Positions 11,946-26,269 of a stretch of DNA of 64,000 nt are shown here, piece after piece. Where the stretch lies: positions 19,778,001 to 19,842,000 of the forward strand of contig CM114271.1 of NCBI GenBank assembly GCA_050084515.1, read 5' to 3'. The notes under the pieces were generated by a model. The model did not search any database and was not told the DNA's origin. It worked only from the letters and a program-made list of their open reading frames with translations. Made by a program: the position numbers and the translations under genes. This DNA comes from Blasia pusilla. Lineage: Eukaryota. Position 1 is the first letter of the stretch; every line of letters starts with the position of its first letter.

Positions 11946-14841
11946 TTGTGGTTTGTTACTTCTTCTTCTTTTTCCAGGTCGTGTTCCTCTCCACAGAAGT
12001 GTCTCCCGTAGCCTACTTACCCTCCTTGTTACAAGAGCAATTCAGCGTTCTTAAGTGGCCACCTTCCTCTTGGAAACCGACGCACATTTGTAATTTCTTT
12101 GCAACGCGATTAGAAGAGTGTGTCGAGAAGAGAAATACCAAAGATACATGAACACTGGTCGGCTCTTCACAAGCTCTTCTTAAGCACTCGAAGAGCAACC
12201 TCCATTTCAACATAGAATTAAAAACAAGAAAGTCATGCATATATGTAAAACAACCCATTCATTATAGTTGGACTTCAAAAACCAATTTTTTTCCAATCCA
12301 TGAATTCATTTGAAACAATTGAGCTAGTTAGTGTGTACATATTGCATTTAGTGATTGTGAGTAGCATCAATAATCAAGGTATTTACAATCCTCATGTGAG
12401 AAATCGTGGAACTTGGCTATATTGGAAATTGGTCTATTGAGACAAGAACCGTTGGAAATAAGTATCCTTTCATGGATTTTTAATCATGCTTTAGAGTTTT
12501 TTTTTACTTCTCTTGCTATTGTCTATAGCTCTTTTCCGTCATCTTTATTCCGCATGGACAATAAATCTATTCATTCATTCTATCAACTAGTTTCTAGTAG
12601 TTGCTACCCATGGGTTAGGAATATTGCGTAATTACACACATGAGAAGATCTCTCACTCAACATTCTTTTTCATCTCAACTTGACTGTCCATCTTCATTTC
12701 CATTCATAAAACTACCTCTTATGCTTACATTATGCAAGCCACTTCTTCCTTCCTCTCATAAAGCAATGAGAAGCATTTTAGACTCGCTTACAATTTGGGC
12801 CATTTCCCGTTATATTTTTTGGAGATAAATATAGATTATCAATATATCTCCAAGGTGGAGTTAACTCTTCTAAATGAATACAATGACATTTAGAGTAATA
12901 GGTCAAACTTCACTTGTGTAGCTTCTAGTAACCTATGTGAGTTCTTGGGAATAGAATGATTATGTTACTTACCATGGCTTTTATGTGGATTATAGAGTAA
13001 ATAGTGTCTATCCCTACCTTATATATAGAATGGGACAAGAGTTTCACTCAATCTCTTTTTGCATATTTTCACTCTTCCTATATGTCCAAGTTAGTTAGTT
13101 AGCATTCCTTTGGAGAACCAAACTACGTCAGAAGGCAAAATCATAGGTTGTAATGAATCACATGTTACTGTCCATTTTCTACCTCACGCAATTTTTTATT
13201 TCATGCATCGAGGTAGACATTGTTCAAAACATGTAAGAGACTGATTTGTTTTTCTCATAGACAAACTCTGTTTTGGTAAAATTTCCAATTTTCTATCCAA
13301 AAGTAAACCCATAGAAAAGGATTCAAGAGTGAATCATAAATCAAATATTCCATGCTTGAGAATTAAAGTAAAAAAAATCCGACAAAACTTTTAAATCCTC
13401 ATTCATTAATATTTTCCGATTTCCCGATCTACACCAATCATAATCGGAGGGATGTCGAACATCCAGCTTGCGTATGAAAGTTACGAAAAGATTTCTTTGT
13501 GGATAAAGACAGCAAGCCCTAACCTAGAGGAATTTCTAGCACACCAAAAATTAAAGTGTGGAAGGAAAGGTAATTGCATATATGTTAGTTCGTTTCTATT
13601 TGCAGCGTTTCATGGTTTGGTTGTCATTAGCCTTTACTTTCCGGCTAAACCTTCTGTATTTTCATTCGTAAAAACACCTACTATACCAGTTAGGTCAGAG
13701 TCCCTCCAGGATATCAATTCATCCTCAATGGAGGATTGAGGTACCTGCGTCCCTCCCTCCCATCACTTTGATCTAACTTTTGGCAAATTTTCAGGTTTCT
13801 CCTTAAACTACATGCCACAAGAATTCTGTCATCCTGACAAGATAACTCTGCTCCATCTATTTCTAGCTTGCCCTCCCAATCAATACCTCTCAATTGCCAG
13901 AACCCAATACAAGGAAGAACTCTATGTTTTTCCCCCATTTCTAAAATTGTAGTTTCCATCCATCCATTAGCATTCCAGCCCCACTTCCTTTTCGGCGGAC
14001 CCACCTACCCAGACATCTATTTAAATGCCATTGTCAATGCATTTGTACTCGGGAAGCCGCAACAAATCTGGTATCGTCCATCGAATACTTTTCCAGAGGA
14101 CGTTACTTTCCTGTTGGGACAATTCCCCAGGGAAAACCAAAAGGAAGATGGTCGGTCATCACACAACAACTCACAAACATAGCACATGGTAAGTGGGACC
14201 ACATGGCTTGTGAATAAGGTAGAAAGATAATAGCCATCACATGTCAAAAACTTTGGCGGCCAAAATGACCAAGTCTGGATTCCAAGTTGACGGTTCCCAA
14301 GATGCCCTATCTAAGTTTATGACTCATGGTTACAAGCGCCACTTATGGCTTGTAGATCACCACCAGTACTACTATTGGCATATAAGAAAGACACACTCAT
14401 CACATAACTTAAGTTTTATTCAAAGAATGATCAGTTCAGCTTGTATTGTTGACAGCAAGCAGCAATGGAAGACAGGTGGAATAAAGTGAGAGCTTGGCAG
14501 CCAAAAATGCCATTAGTGCGAAACCTGCTTCGAAACCACTTCCAGGTGCAATACAAATGTTATCACAATGGAGTCCTGGCAAAAATAATTACCAGTACCA
14601 AGCCACTCACCATTTTCATATCATACATCTGGGAGCTGGTCTAAATGAATACGCAACCTAGGGTACTCAAAGCACCTACCATTATCTCTGTAGAGCCAAC
14701 TACCAGGGGTAGTCCCCACCCTTCCTAACAAGAGTGGAATAAAGTGGGTAGGTACAAATATCAGACAAGAAAAAAATGCAGTCAATTTACTCTGTCAAGG
14801 TTAATGGAGAGTGCTTGTGTAACCACCACAAAATCTGTAAC

Positions 14842-17800
14842 CTAAATCATCCGCAGCTCATATTCACCAGCCATTGTGATGTAGCGCACCCATGGAAGTG
14901 CCTGGTAACCACTTTTTTCTATAATCTTCAGGTATCTCACCTGAAAAACGAACAGGTTCGCATTGATGGAATTATGTCAGAGTAGAAGAATTGAAGAAAA
15001 GGCTGCTTTGAGACATAAATCGAGTAAATTTGCTCAGGCTCCCCATTATTAAATCTACAACTACCTCTTCTGTCTAAGAGGAATCTGATACCTGGCAAGA
15101 AAATTCTTTCCCCCGGCGGGAAAAACGGGATTTGAACCCGCGATTCTGGCTTGACAGACAAGTGCTATAAACCACTAAGCTAATTAATCAACACCTTAGA
15201 TCAGACAAGTTACCTGAATTCCAGAAACAGTGAAATATGGAATTTCGAATTTCACACGGATGGGTGGTCGCTTTTCGGGAAGAGCCTCCTCAGCCGCTAT
15301 GCTCGGAAGACCAAACTTAGCCCTCAACATATATTCCTGTGTGAAATGAGAAACTTGATATGAATTCACCTTCTCTGTATCTAGACCTAGCTATACGAGT
15401 AAACAAGCTCCAATCAGAACTATCAATCATCTGTATACATTGCCAAATGTCATACCATCACTGCAAAACAACTTTACTCATGAAAACACAAACCAAGTTT
15501 GCAAATCAGCAAACTAACCTTTCCACCAGGGAATGACTTGATTTTCCACAGGAGAGCCTCTCTTTCAGGCGCATACACAGCTGACCCCATTGAAGTACGG
15601 ACAGCTGGTGTAGTCGCATCCGATGGTACTGGCAGTTCGATCTCCACATTGGTGGCAGTACTGGATGCCAGCCATCATACACGGAATAGTCCAAGAACAA
15701 TCAGGGAAGAAAACTGGAAGATAAAGGAGATCATCTGGTGACAACACAGGTTGCCTTGACATTGTTGAAAGCTGCAAGATTTTCAACTACAAACGAACTC
15801 TGCATACAGATGGATGACAGAAAAGGAAACAGTTCCTCAACTGAACAAGCAGAGAAGCCGAGAATATAGATCCTTCTGAGAGATTTAGAATGACCTCTTA
15901 CCTCCGTTCTTTGAATTGACTGCGAGCCTTGACCATATACTCTACCCGACTCCTGGAATGACGCTCCACTTGAGCTTCCACCCAGATTAGTGGCCTTACC
16001 TGAAAACATTCCCAGTCATGTGCACCTCATTGACATTGCTATAACACTAACAAATTATGCATCCCTTTAGAGCCATGAACATTGGGAAAAACTCAGCTGC
16101 ATTATTGCATCTTCACTACCAATTTGATTCCTGGCACAACAGAAAGCAGGGACAGTAGTTCACATACCTGTGTACTCAAACGGTATGTCATTAAGTCAAA
16201 AGCACCATCAGGGGGAATGAAGGAAATGGTGCGATCATTCTCAAAGCGAGCTAGTCTTACACATCTGCAGGAGCATCAAATTGACATACAAGTTAGTGTT
16301 GCAGAAGACAGCCTCTAGTAGACACCCTTTCACACCATTTAGAACCTGATATGAGATACAGTAAGGTGGGTTATTAGTCTGGATGTGCAATAACCATCAA
16401 CAGTTATAAAAACTGCCCCACGACCCTTTAGAAAGAGATGACAACTATCTCAAGAGTATAATGAGAACGAAAGCTCACGTACAACAATCAAGCCTGGGTG
16501 AATTTTGAAGTGAGTAGGCTCCTTACTGATGGAACTTGATGTCGTCCAAATCAATTGATTTCCCTTTCGTTGAACGACCTTGAGCTTCCAAAAGCACTCT
16601 GTCATTTAGACCTAGTTTGCACTCTGGCATTCCACTGAATAGGTAGGGAAAACGTTTAGAAAGTGGTTCCAGGAGATTTACCACTTGACCACCACGAAAA
16701 CAACACACATAAGACAGCCTTTTACACCAACTGAATCAGTATTAGGAGAAAGATGCTAAAATCGGCAGAAGATAAGATGAAAGCCAAACCTGAGATAAGT
16801 GCGCATCTTCAGAGCACCAACCACATCAGACCGTACAAGTTGACTATTGCTGTTGACCAAAATGTTCACACTTTCCACAACATCTAAGAAGACCTAATCA
16901 GCACAGGACGTAATATTAGTGTGGTTCACCAAGAGATGCTGCTAAAATTCATTTTATTATGTTTCAACTCCCCACGGCTCGATCAGAAAAAGTAGCGATT
17001 AGCCTCTCCCATTCTTCCTCATAAATAGGCTTACCATCCAGGGATATAAAGATGACAACCCACCTCATTTTTCTTGTACTTGATACCTTCCATGCGCCAA
17101 GAGACTGCATTGGTAACAGCCATGGGAGGTCTCGTTGTCATCTCTATTTTGTATGCATCAGTCTTGATGAACTCACTCAGAATCTTCGCCTCCGTATATT
17201 GAGGATAACCAAAATCCATCATTTCATCTAGCAATTCATACTGTCAAAAGTGCATGAGGTTACAAAAATCAGTCATGAGTGAAACTGTATTGTACACCAA
17301 AATGCAATAAGGAAACCGCTTGTTGGAAAGGGGGACTTACCACCACAACAAAATTATCTCGGAGTGATTCCTCTTCAAGTTCCTCAAAATAGTGCTTGAA
17401 GACCTGCCCAAGCAAGTGACCAATATTCAGATACAAAGGCAACAAATCTGAGTGAACATAGCCACAGCCTTCTACAATACACACTCCACTGTTTATATGG
17501 AATTGGGCAGTTGAGGCAATACCCTGACATAGTTTTCATTATGGCATTCAGCCGAGTTTTCACTGAACAATGAAGTAAAATAAATGTAGGAGTAGGAGAT
17601 CTTACGTCTACGACACGGTGGAGGAAGAGTAACAGACTGGCTGCATTGCAGTTCTGCCTTGAGGCAGTCATCACATAGACATTGTTGTACTGAATGAAAA
17701 GATATGTCACGCCATCATCATAAACTACAGGCTCATGAGAAGAAGGGTCCGTCTGCAATATCCACAATTAGTGAGGTGATCATAGCTTGTACACCCTTGA

Positions 17801-18107
17801 CTATGTGAAGGACGATCAGTTCTTTGAATACTCGATGCACAAGTTGAGCCAAATGACTTTTTTTCTTTAAAGATGGAAAATGCAGCCTTGTAGCCTCCTT
17901 TCAAATTTGACAATTTTCAGGTCTGACGTAGATCAAGATCAAACGAGGAAAAAAGTGATTTATCTTCAAACAACTCACCTCCCCATCCATCAGCTTGCTG
18001 AAGAAACGCTCTGCTTGGGCAGCCGAAACATCACCACGGTAATCTCGCCATACTAAAACTCGACCCTTCATGTCCAACAGAAACACTGCGGACGCAGCAC
18101 CCGTCAT
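14842..18107 (-). CDS. AP1M: AP-1 adaptor complex medium (mu) subunit, multi-exon (exon 1 18107-17979, exon 2 17752-17606, last exon 14940-14842)
   Basis: [81 protein letters not shown] and C-terminal [26 protein letters not shown] junctions. Confidence 0.95.
15117..15182 (-). pseudogene. trnD: tRNA-Asp(GUC) pseudogene, organellar/bacterial type, 5' acceptor strand lost, in the last AP1M intron
   Basis: Minus strand reads TAGCTTAGTGGTTTATAGCACTTGTCT-GTC-AAGCCAGAATCGCGGGTTCAAATCCCGTTTTTCCCG: D-arm, GTC anticodon loop, GGTTCAAATCC T-loop. Upstream GATTAAT cannot pair with TTTTCCC. Confidence 0.75.
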
Positions 18108-21100
18108 GATGACCTAATTCTTGTACCACGTTTCTTTGTTCAATTATAGCTGCATTTGCAACTAGGTGTAGCGACCAGACAAGGAAGTTCTGGATGATGT
18201 AGGAGGGCTTGACTGAGGGATAACGCCTGCCAGCGATCTAAGCACTTGAAGGACCAGCATGGGCGTTGCGTCACTTTGCATCAACTCCAACAACTGAATA
18301 GAACAGTGGGATGTGATCAGTACACGGAAGTAATTTCTCCTAGAACAGTGAAATAAAGGTAAACTCGTCCTTCTTTGAGCCATCTTCAGCAGGTCCACTG
18401 AAGAATTAGAGATCGCCATTACCAAAGAAAGCATGGTATACAGTATGCTTCTTAGTATACGTCACTTAAAGCCTCGGTTCAGAACAAGCAACTGACGAGT
18501 GGCGTCCCAAAGGCGACTCCCTGTCGTAAGTGGAGTTCGGATGGCAAACAGAACTATCACCTCCAAAGTCACCCCGAGCAAAAACACTACGTAACCTTAA
18601 ACGGAGAGAGAGGTCGTTTCCGAATCGAGAGCATCCGAAAAGCAACCCTGGAGTCTGAAGACCATCCACATGAAAAATCATGATGCTCCTGATAGCTTGA
18701 CCTTCCAAATTGACACTTCCACGAATTGCAACACTTCCACTGCAGTACATTTGAGAGCGATCGTGACGTTTCACGTATGACTTTCACATTACGCCTCCAC
18801 TTAGAGCATTCAGTACAACTCCAGGAGCAGTTGTTCCCTCCTCCAAGTGATTTTTCAATAACAACTCTGCATGGAGATACTTAATGCTAGATCAGATCCA
18901 GAAAGCCGTGTGGAACTGAAGTGCTACTCGGTGCCTGATCTAGTACTTACAATTAGAAAGATGTCGTCGCGAATGTTGAGCCCCGCAAGCCGCGTCAGCT
19001 CTAGTACCTGCTGTTGCTCTGCAAACATTGAGCAGGCACAAGCTACCAACGATCAACGTCTGCAGCGGTTGATTCCCACTGAAACTCAAAGATCAGCACC
19101 CAATACCACAAGCGACAGAGATCTTCCACACTCCGGAGCGTACACTAAAACAACCGTCTGCTCCTCCTGACTCGTCTTCCTTCATCGACACTGGCGTCTA
19201 TTGCTCGCAGCAGGCGATGGCACGCACTAGGTACTCAATTACCGCTAACAAAATTCTCCCTACTGATGAGCACGAGATTGGCGAAAACACCGGAAGCGAT
19301 CGGATCTTACCCGGGGTGAGGGGATCGCGGGGAGCCATTGCGCCATAGCCGAGACCAGATGAGGAAGCAGTGGCGGATTGTTCAAACGCGCATCAATCCG
19401 CGCGAGATTACCCAGATCGCGAGCGCAAGAAGAGGAGGAGCGCAGGAAACACAGCCCTAAGGCACGGAAGCGTGAAAGGAAAGAGCACAACGTAAGAAGA
19501 GGGCTCCACATCCAGCAGCAGGAGCATGAGTAGGAGAAGGCAGAAAGGTATCTCCCGTGTAAAGAAGCTCCGAGACAGAAAGCCGAGGAGACAAGAGAAT
19601 GAGCCCAACCACAGTCATCAAGATAGTACCAGGGATCCCAACCTGGTGGCAATCCCTGCTCCCATCAGGGTTTCCACGGAGTCTCTATTACGGCAATGAT
19701 TGTTTTGCGACTGCAGTTGAGAACTAAGTTGGGACGCCGTAACCACGGCGTCCCAACTTAATAATTGCTTTTGGTTGAATCTTTCCTTTGAGTCCGTAGT
19801 TGTAATGACTCGATTGCGACTGCGGTCGGGAACTACGTTGAGAGGTCCTGTCTAGAATGATTGCCTCTCGTTGAATTTTATTAATTTTATCTAAATTATT
19901 AAAGTTCCAGGGAAAGAAATGAAAAAGTACAATTTCCCTGCGTATGAAAGACCATGTAGGAAATGATGTGGCCAAAGTTTCTATCATACATCTCAAACAT
20001 TTAGAGATGGCATGTCATGTAAGAAAAAAAGGATAGCCATGTTGAAAGGCCCTAGCAAGAATGATTTTTTTGAATTTTCCGAATGAAAAACAATCCAAAT
20101 TTTATGTTGTAGATGCAGTCCACCATATTAACATCAAAAGCGTAGACGCTCTAAACCATCACCTATATTTCTCCTTGGCCTTCTCTCAAGCATATTTGTA
20201 AACATGTATATAATAATTGGCTACAACAAAATACGTAACATTTTTTAATGTTGCTTTACCCCATTAGACGGGTAGAAATAGAAATGAATAGGGATTTGAA
20301 TGAAATATATAGTAATAAAATATGATGAAAAAATTATGAATTTTTACCTCAATTCATATTTAATGGAAAAAAGAAATAAAAATTTAATGGAAGAGTAGAT
20401 TTTGTTTAAATTTTATGGAAAGATAAAATTATTTAATATATTGGGATATCATTTAAATTTGAATGGAGGATTATAATTACTAAGAACAGTGAAATGTTAT
20501 TACTTTTCTAAGATTTTAGAAAATAGAAATCATATTTAAAATTTAAAATAAATAACAAAATAATTTTTTAAATAATTGTATTAATTCAAATGTTATATTT
20601 TGGGAAAGGAACTAAATTTAATGGAAAAGGAAAATTATTCCGTTAATTAAAATTAGCTAAGATTTTGGTAAGAGAATATTATTTTGGTGGGAAGAATGGA
20701 AGTGGAAGAATAGTGATTGTTTGAGCTTTTACGGAGGAGTGAAATTATTTAGGGGAGATGGGTGTTATTTAAAGGTGAAATTTTCTTACTCTTTTAACAT
20801 TTAAAAAAGTGGAAATTATACTTAAGTTTTAAAATTAAATTAAATTTTAAATTTTAAATATAATTTTAAAAAACTATTATTGACACTTGCTTTTTAAGGG
20901 CCTATTGACATGTGGTAATTGGACAAGAAAAAAATGTTTCACGTGTTATGGGCATAAAGAAATAAGTTTGAATTTGTGTGCAACATCATTAATCCCTTCA
21001 CTAACAAAGGCTCTTCAAACACTGTGCTTAGATGTCCAAATTGTGCACCATTTCTTTCCAAATGTGCAAAAATTCCTGATCTACAATGTCATCAAATTTA

Positions 21101-22619
21101 TTCCCTCATTCAACTTTCCATCAGAAATTGAAGACCCAAGGAGATCGACACACCAGGGGAGAGATCGGGAGAGATACCCTTGGACTTCTTGGGATGTTTT
21201 GCAGGTATACCAGGAGATGATAGCCACAGCATCGAGTGAGGTTATGGGCACTGCATGTGGAGGAGATCAGAGTTTGCAGTTGGTTGTAGGAGAGCGGCCA
21301 AGTGTTGGTGTTCGAGACGGGGTTGCACCATAGCAACCATCGATACCCGTGTCGGAGAGTCCTACCATAGTCACGATGGAGACTTGGGAGCCAGATATGG
21401 ACCCTAAGTTGACAGGAGAAGAGCGGCGCCGGATACATCAGTTCCTTAGGAGTTATAAGAGCTGCTTTGTGTTTAGCATGGAGGATTTGGGTACTGTGAA
21501 AGGACCAGGATCCGCATTGAGTTGTCGAGTGATACGCCGATCTTCCGAGACCCTACAGGTACAGTGATATGGAGAGGGCTCTGATTCATAGTAAGAGCCA
21601 AGACTTGGTTGGAGCAGGACTAGTGGAGATGTCGCATATGCATGGGGAGTATGCATCTGCCACTGTCATGTCTGCCAAGAAGGATGTGTATGGCAACTAG
21701 ACGGATAGGCGAATGTGTGGGGATTACCCGCCTATCAATCGACATACGAAGTCTGATAGGTATGCCATGCCCACTCCCGAGGAGATCTTTGATGCGATTG
21801 GTCTAGCAAAGGTCTTTAGTTCATTTGATTTGCGAGCCGGATACCATCAGCTGCCTATCAGATTGGAGGATAGGCAAAAGACGACATTTTGGGGCATCGA
21901 TTCTCACGGGAAGGATTGTTTGTACCAGTGGCGGTTCTTACCATTTGGGTTAAGGAACGCCCTGGATGAGTTTCAAAGGGTCATGGATAGAATCTTGGCA
22001 TGTTTGGATTTTGCTAGGTGTTATATTGATGATATTTTAGTCTTTAGTGCCACAGTTGAAGAGCATGAGCGAGATCTAGAGGAGGTATTTCGACGATTGT
22101 AGTTACATGGGCTGAAGCTACATCTAGGCAAGTGTAAGTTCTTCTCCGACCAAATTGAGAACTTGGGTCATACAATATACCCAGGTGGCCTTGGTGTTCT
22201 ACAGACGAAGGTAGAGGCTATTTCACGCATTCCACGCCCTAAAGATGTAAGCCGTGTTTGTGCATTCATGGGATTGGCGAACTTCTATCGTCGGTACGTC
22301 AAGGGATTCATTTTGATTGCGAAGCCATTAACCTTGCTGACCAAGGTGGATCATGAGTGGCAGTGCGGGGATGAGCAGGAGCGAGCATTTCAGCTGCTCA
22401 AGGACATATAGACGTCCGCGCCCATCTTGAGGAGATCGATCAAGGGGCGTCCTTTCCAATTGCACACAGATTGGAGCATGTTGGGGCTTGGAGTGGTGCT
22501 CACCCAACATGATGATGAGGGTTGAGAGTTCGTGGTGACTTACGCTAGCCGTTCGAGCAACGTTGTAGAGGCGAGGCACAACTCGTATGAGGGTGAGTGT
22601 TTGGTTGCGGTGTGGACTG

Positions 22620-22985
22620 TGTCATGACCATACGGATTATGTCGTAGAGTATAGTGTGCTAGTAGAGGACATTCCTTATGTAGGACCGTAGTGGCTTGGT
22701 AGAGATGCGGTTCCATACATAGGGTTGGGGGTTACTCAGTTGGGGGTGAGTTTCCCAGTAGGGCCCGCTCTTAGGTTGGAGGATATAAGGTGGAGTGCAT
22801 TCAAAGAACAGTCAGTTCTTTGAGTTGAGCCTGTTGCGTTGGGAGTTAGCCTTGGTAGTGAGTAGAGCTCTTGGCTATGGTGTTTCCCGCAAGCTTCGAC
22901 CTGGATTCTCCCATCGTGGAGTGGGTTTGGCTCGATTGTATGTGATTGTAAACGTGTTTTATGACAGTAGGTCTTTCACGGATTT
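22620..22985 (+). repeat. Element B repeat A1 (direct copy of A2 at 31580-31947), contains a TATA box at 22784
   Basis: Near-identical from tgtcatgaccatacgg to ctttcacggattt in both copies. Confidence 0.92.
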
Positions 22986-22986
22986 C

Positions 22987-22999
22987 ACTCAAAGAACTG
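22987..22999 (+). promoter_or_regulatory. Putative self-priming primer-binding site of element B
   Basis: actcaaagaactg, just after A1, is the exact reverse complement of cagttctttgagt (22813-22825), which starts ~29 nt after TATAA. No TGG-type tRNA PBS is present. Confidence 0.7.
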
Positions 23000-24358
23000 G
23001 AGTAGATCGATGGTAGCTTCGATTGTAGATCAGTAGGATCTGGTTAGGGTTGATTGTGTACTCAACGGTGGATGTTCGGGGCTTTTTTCCTATGTTGGAG
23101 GTGTGAATCAGGTGCGTGGTTGATTGGGAAAGAAGCGCCTTGCTGAGAGCTTTCCAACGCGCTGTAGATCGCCGGATTTCGTCCAGGGAGTTGGAAGTTA
23201 TCAAACATTGAAGATTCTGGTCGTGTTCGACAGTTTTCTGATGTGGAGAGCTTGGAGTGCGGAAGCTCTGTTGAAGTTCATCCAGATCGGGTGAGAGGTT
23301 CCTATTGCTACTTGTATTGTGATCTCATGTGAATACATGTGCTACATGTATTCACGGATTTCACTCAAAGAACTGGAGTAGATCGATGGTAGCTTCGATT
23401 GTAGATCAGTAGGATCTGGTTAGGGCTGATTGTGTACTCAGCCGTGGATGTTCGTGGCTTCGAGGCAACTCGTGGTAGCTCGGGGCGAGTGGGCGTGAGA
23501 GGCGGAGTAAGGAGCAAGGAGCAAGCAAGCAAGCTTGCTTGCTTGGGCGTGAGGCAATTTTTGCAGGATTTGGGATTTGAGTTTTGCATAATCGGTCACC
23601 CATCTTTGGGCTATTTCGCTGGAGGACGCTTAACTCGCTGAGTTCTTAATTATGCCCGGTGTCTGCATTGTTGTAGCTCATTTGGTCTTTGTTCGAGATG
23701 TGTTAGGCGCTTTATGCATCTCAGGTTTTTGTTGATGTACCTCTAGCGCATAGTACGGTGTAGCCTCTCCATGCAAGTGATATTTTCAGTGTCTTTGCGA
23801 GTTCGACTAGCACGTCATCGACCCTTGGCGGAGTAGCTATTGCGTTAGAATTGTGTGGTGGGTTTTGTGGATTCGGGGCACCACGTTTGGTGGATTGTGT
23901 TACCTTGATTTCCATTTGCGGTTGGAGGGTTGTCGTTGGACTTCACGTATCGGATCCCCTCCATCGTGCTTTTGCTTCTTGCGCGCCCATTGTTAGGGTT
24001 GACGCTGATTTCGAGTAGTGTTACTCCTGTGTGCTCGCGATAGTGAGGTGGAGTGATGACTAGTAGACCGTGGGAGGCTTCTGGTAGTGATGAGAGGTTA
24101 GATTGCCTACACCCATAGCTAGTAGAGCAACATCGACGTCACTTGGGTAATTTGGTGGTGGTGAGGCATCGGCGTTGGTCATCACGGAGCTGTCGGGTGG
24201 TCGGTTGGGGACCGTGGTGCGGACGGTGGTGGTTTCACACGGAGTGGATTTAGGTATCGGCTACCTTTTCCACTTCCGACGGTTGATGAAGAGGAGGACC
24301 AGGGTGTTCCAAACACCGAGTCTTCTACGTTGTTATCGAGTGTTGCAGCTCCATTGAT

Positions 24359-25654
24359 TTGGGACATGGACGGTGGATATGGGGCCATGAAGGCCCACGA
24401 CGATATTCGGGTGCAAAGTGGGCACCATTGAGTTGGAGGACTTCATGCGGGAGTTTGATACGTGGTGTGATATGCGATGATGTTGAACGCCACGTTGTTT
24501 ACACCCTTCTTGGCTTGGAAGGGGTTGTTTCAGCACTTGGAAGGACCACCCATGGATGATTACCATGAGTTTAGGAAGGACCATATTACTAAGATTGAGG
24601 CATGGAGACAATATTGGTCTCCAAGCTATGTGTCTATCACCCATGGTGGTATTGGTAGTAGTGCTCCTACTATGCCGGCCCGGCCCGGCGTTGAGTGGTA
24701 CGAGTACGAGCCGGAGTGGGGATACCAGTGGAGGTACTAGTGGGGGTACTAGTGGAGGTACTAGTGGAGGTACTAGTGCCCCACCATCGTTCAGCCCGGT
24801 TGCAGAGTTCTTCAAGAGGTTGAAGAAGAACTATCAGGGAGTGAAGACGGAGAAGTTGAGGAATCTTCAGGACTTTGAGCGAAAGACTGGTGAGAGTCTT
24901 TGTGAGGCATACACTCAGTATCACGCTTGATTTCGATTACCAGGGTGTGTGACCGAGGATCAAGTAGTCCGATTTTGGCACGGGATCTTGGACAGAGATT
25001 TGCGCCGTAGGGTACGTGATGCTACTCTTATGAGTGATGATTCACCCACATTGACCCATGTGTTTGCTTTATCTGAGAAGATTGAGCTTAACATGGTGAA
25101 GGAGAGAGTGGTGACATCCGCATTCAGTAGGGATACAACTACTACTTCTCGGGTTCAGCCGCCCACCTCACAGTCTCGTAGTAGTGGTGGTGGTAGTAGT
25201 AGTGGGAGTCGTGGGGGGTACATGCGACCTCAGTCAAGTCGTAGAGGGACATTTGTGCAGAGACCATTGCCTTCATTTGCTGCCCCGCAGCAAGGACAGT
25301 CATGTTGGACATGTGGAGGTGATAATGTTAGGAAGTTTTGTCCCCAAGAGGATGGGAGACAGACTTTGGAGGATGGGCCTCGATCGGCCCCAACTCGGTG
25401 TGATCATTGCGGAGACTAGGTCATCCTCGAGAGCGTTGCTTTGATCTCCATCCGAGTTGAGATCAGGCCGAGGCCGTGGTGGAGTAGCTCCGAGAGGCCG
25501 AGGTGGTAGAGGTGGTAGGGGTGGTAGAGGTGGACCCGGTGGTTGGAGAGCCTACGGTGGCTACCCCTACCACTACGACAAGTCGACTATGGTGCTGCCA
25601 AGATTGAGCTTGATTAGAGCGAGAGTTGGCTACTATGGTGGTATCCAAAGATAG
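24359..25654 (+). pseudogene. Element B gag (frameshifted), with zinc knuckles and an RGG-rich tail
   Basis: FERKTGESLCEAY, CWTCGG..C, CDHCG and RGGRGGRGG; 12-bp tandem repeats encoding GGTS at ~24720-24778; homologous to the element C gag. Confidence 0.75.
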
Positions 25655-26269
25655 ATCAGTTCGGGAGCAGGGGCTTCCACCTCTTATGGAGGGGATGATC
25701 TCTCTTATATGGCGAAAAGACAAAGTTGAGGCATCGGTGCGATTCTGAGAGGAGCCACTCGGCGTCGAGCCACGTGGTGCTCTTGTGGAGTTGGACCCAC
25801 AGAGGGGTGAGGGCCGGGAGGCGGCTAGGCTTCCCGGTCATTCTTGTTGTCGAGGTGCTTAGGACTCCATCCATGGTTCCTCACGAGCCTATTGAGCCGA
25901 CAGTGGGGATCGAGGCATCTACATCGCGTGTAGTAGACACGGATGCAAAGATCAATGCGATTGTGCGGATGGCAACCGGTGTTGGGATCCCCATTGTTTT
26001 CGCCACGGAGCTTATGGCTTTAGGAGTTGACTTAGCTCCTGTATTTGATTAGCGACCACGTTGTGTGAACGTGGGGTGTTATTCTTGCTACACGTGTTGA
26101 GGTGGATGATGGTGTTGCGGTGGAGCGACCCTCTATGTCGAGTAGCATTGAGTACGGTGCTACTTGGCGTGCAAAGAATGGGCGAAGATGGATGCATTAC
26201 CAGCCCGGCCAACCATTGATCGTGAGAGGCTTACACTGGTGTATGTATGTTGGACAACCGAGTGGGATC

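Noticed and set aside
12280-13100. Possible minus-strand Mutator transposase relic (LIIDATHN-like motif)
   Set aside because: One weak motif among many stops is not enough to call.
18162-18434. 90-aa ORF upstream of AP1M, open in both copies (possible conserved uORF)
   Set aside because: Conservation is explained by the recent duplication, and there is no homology or selection evidence.
24720-24778. 12-bp tandem repeat as a possible CRISPR-like array
   Set aside because: No spacers; it is a coding GGTS repeat within gag in a eukaryotic context.
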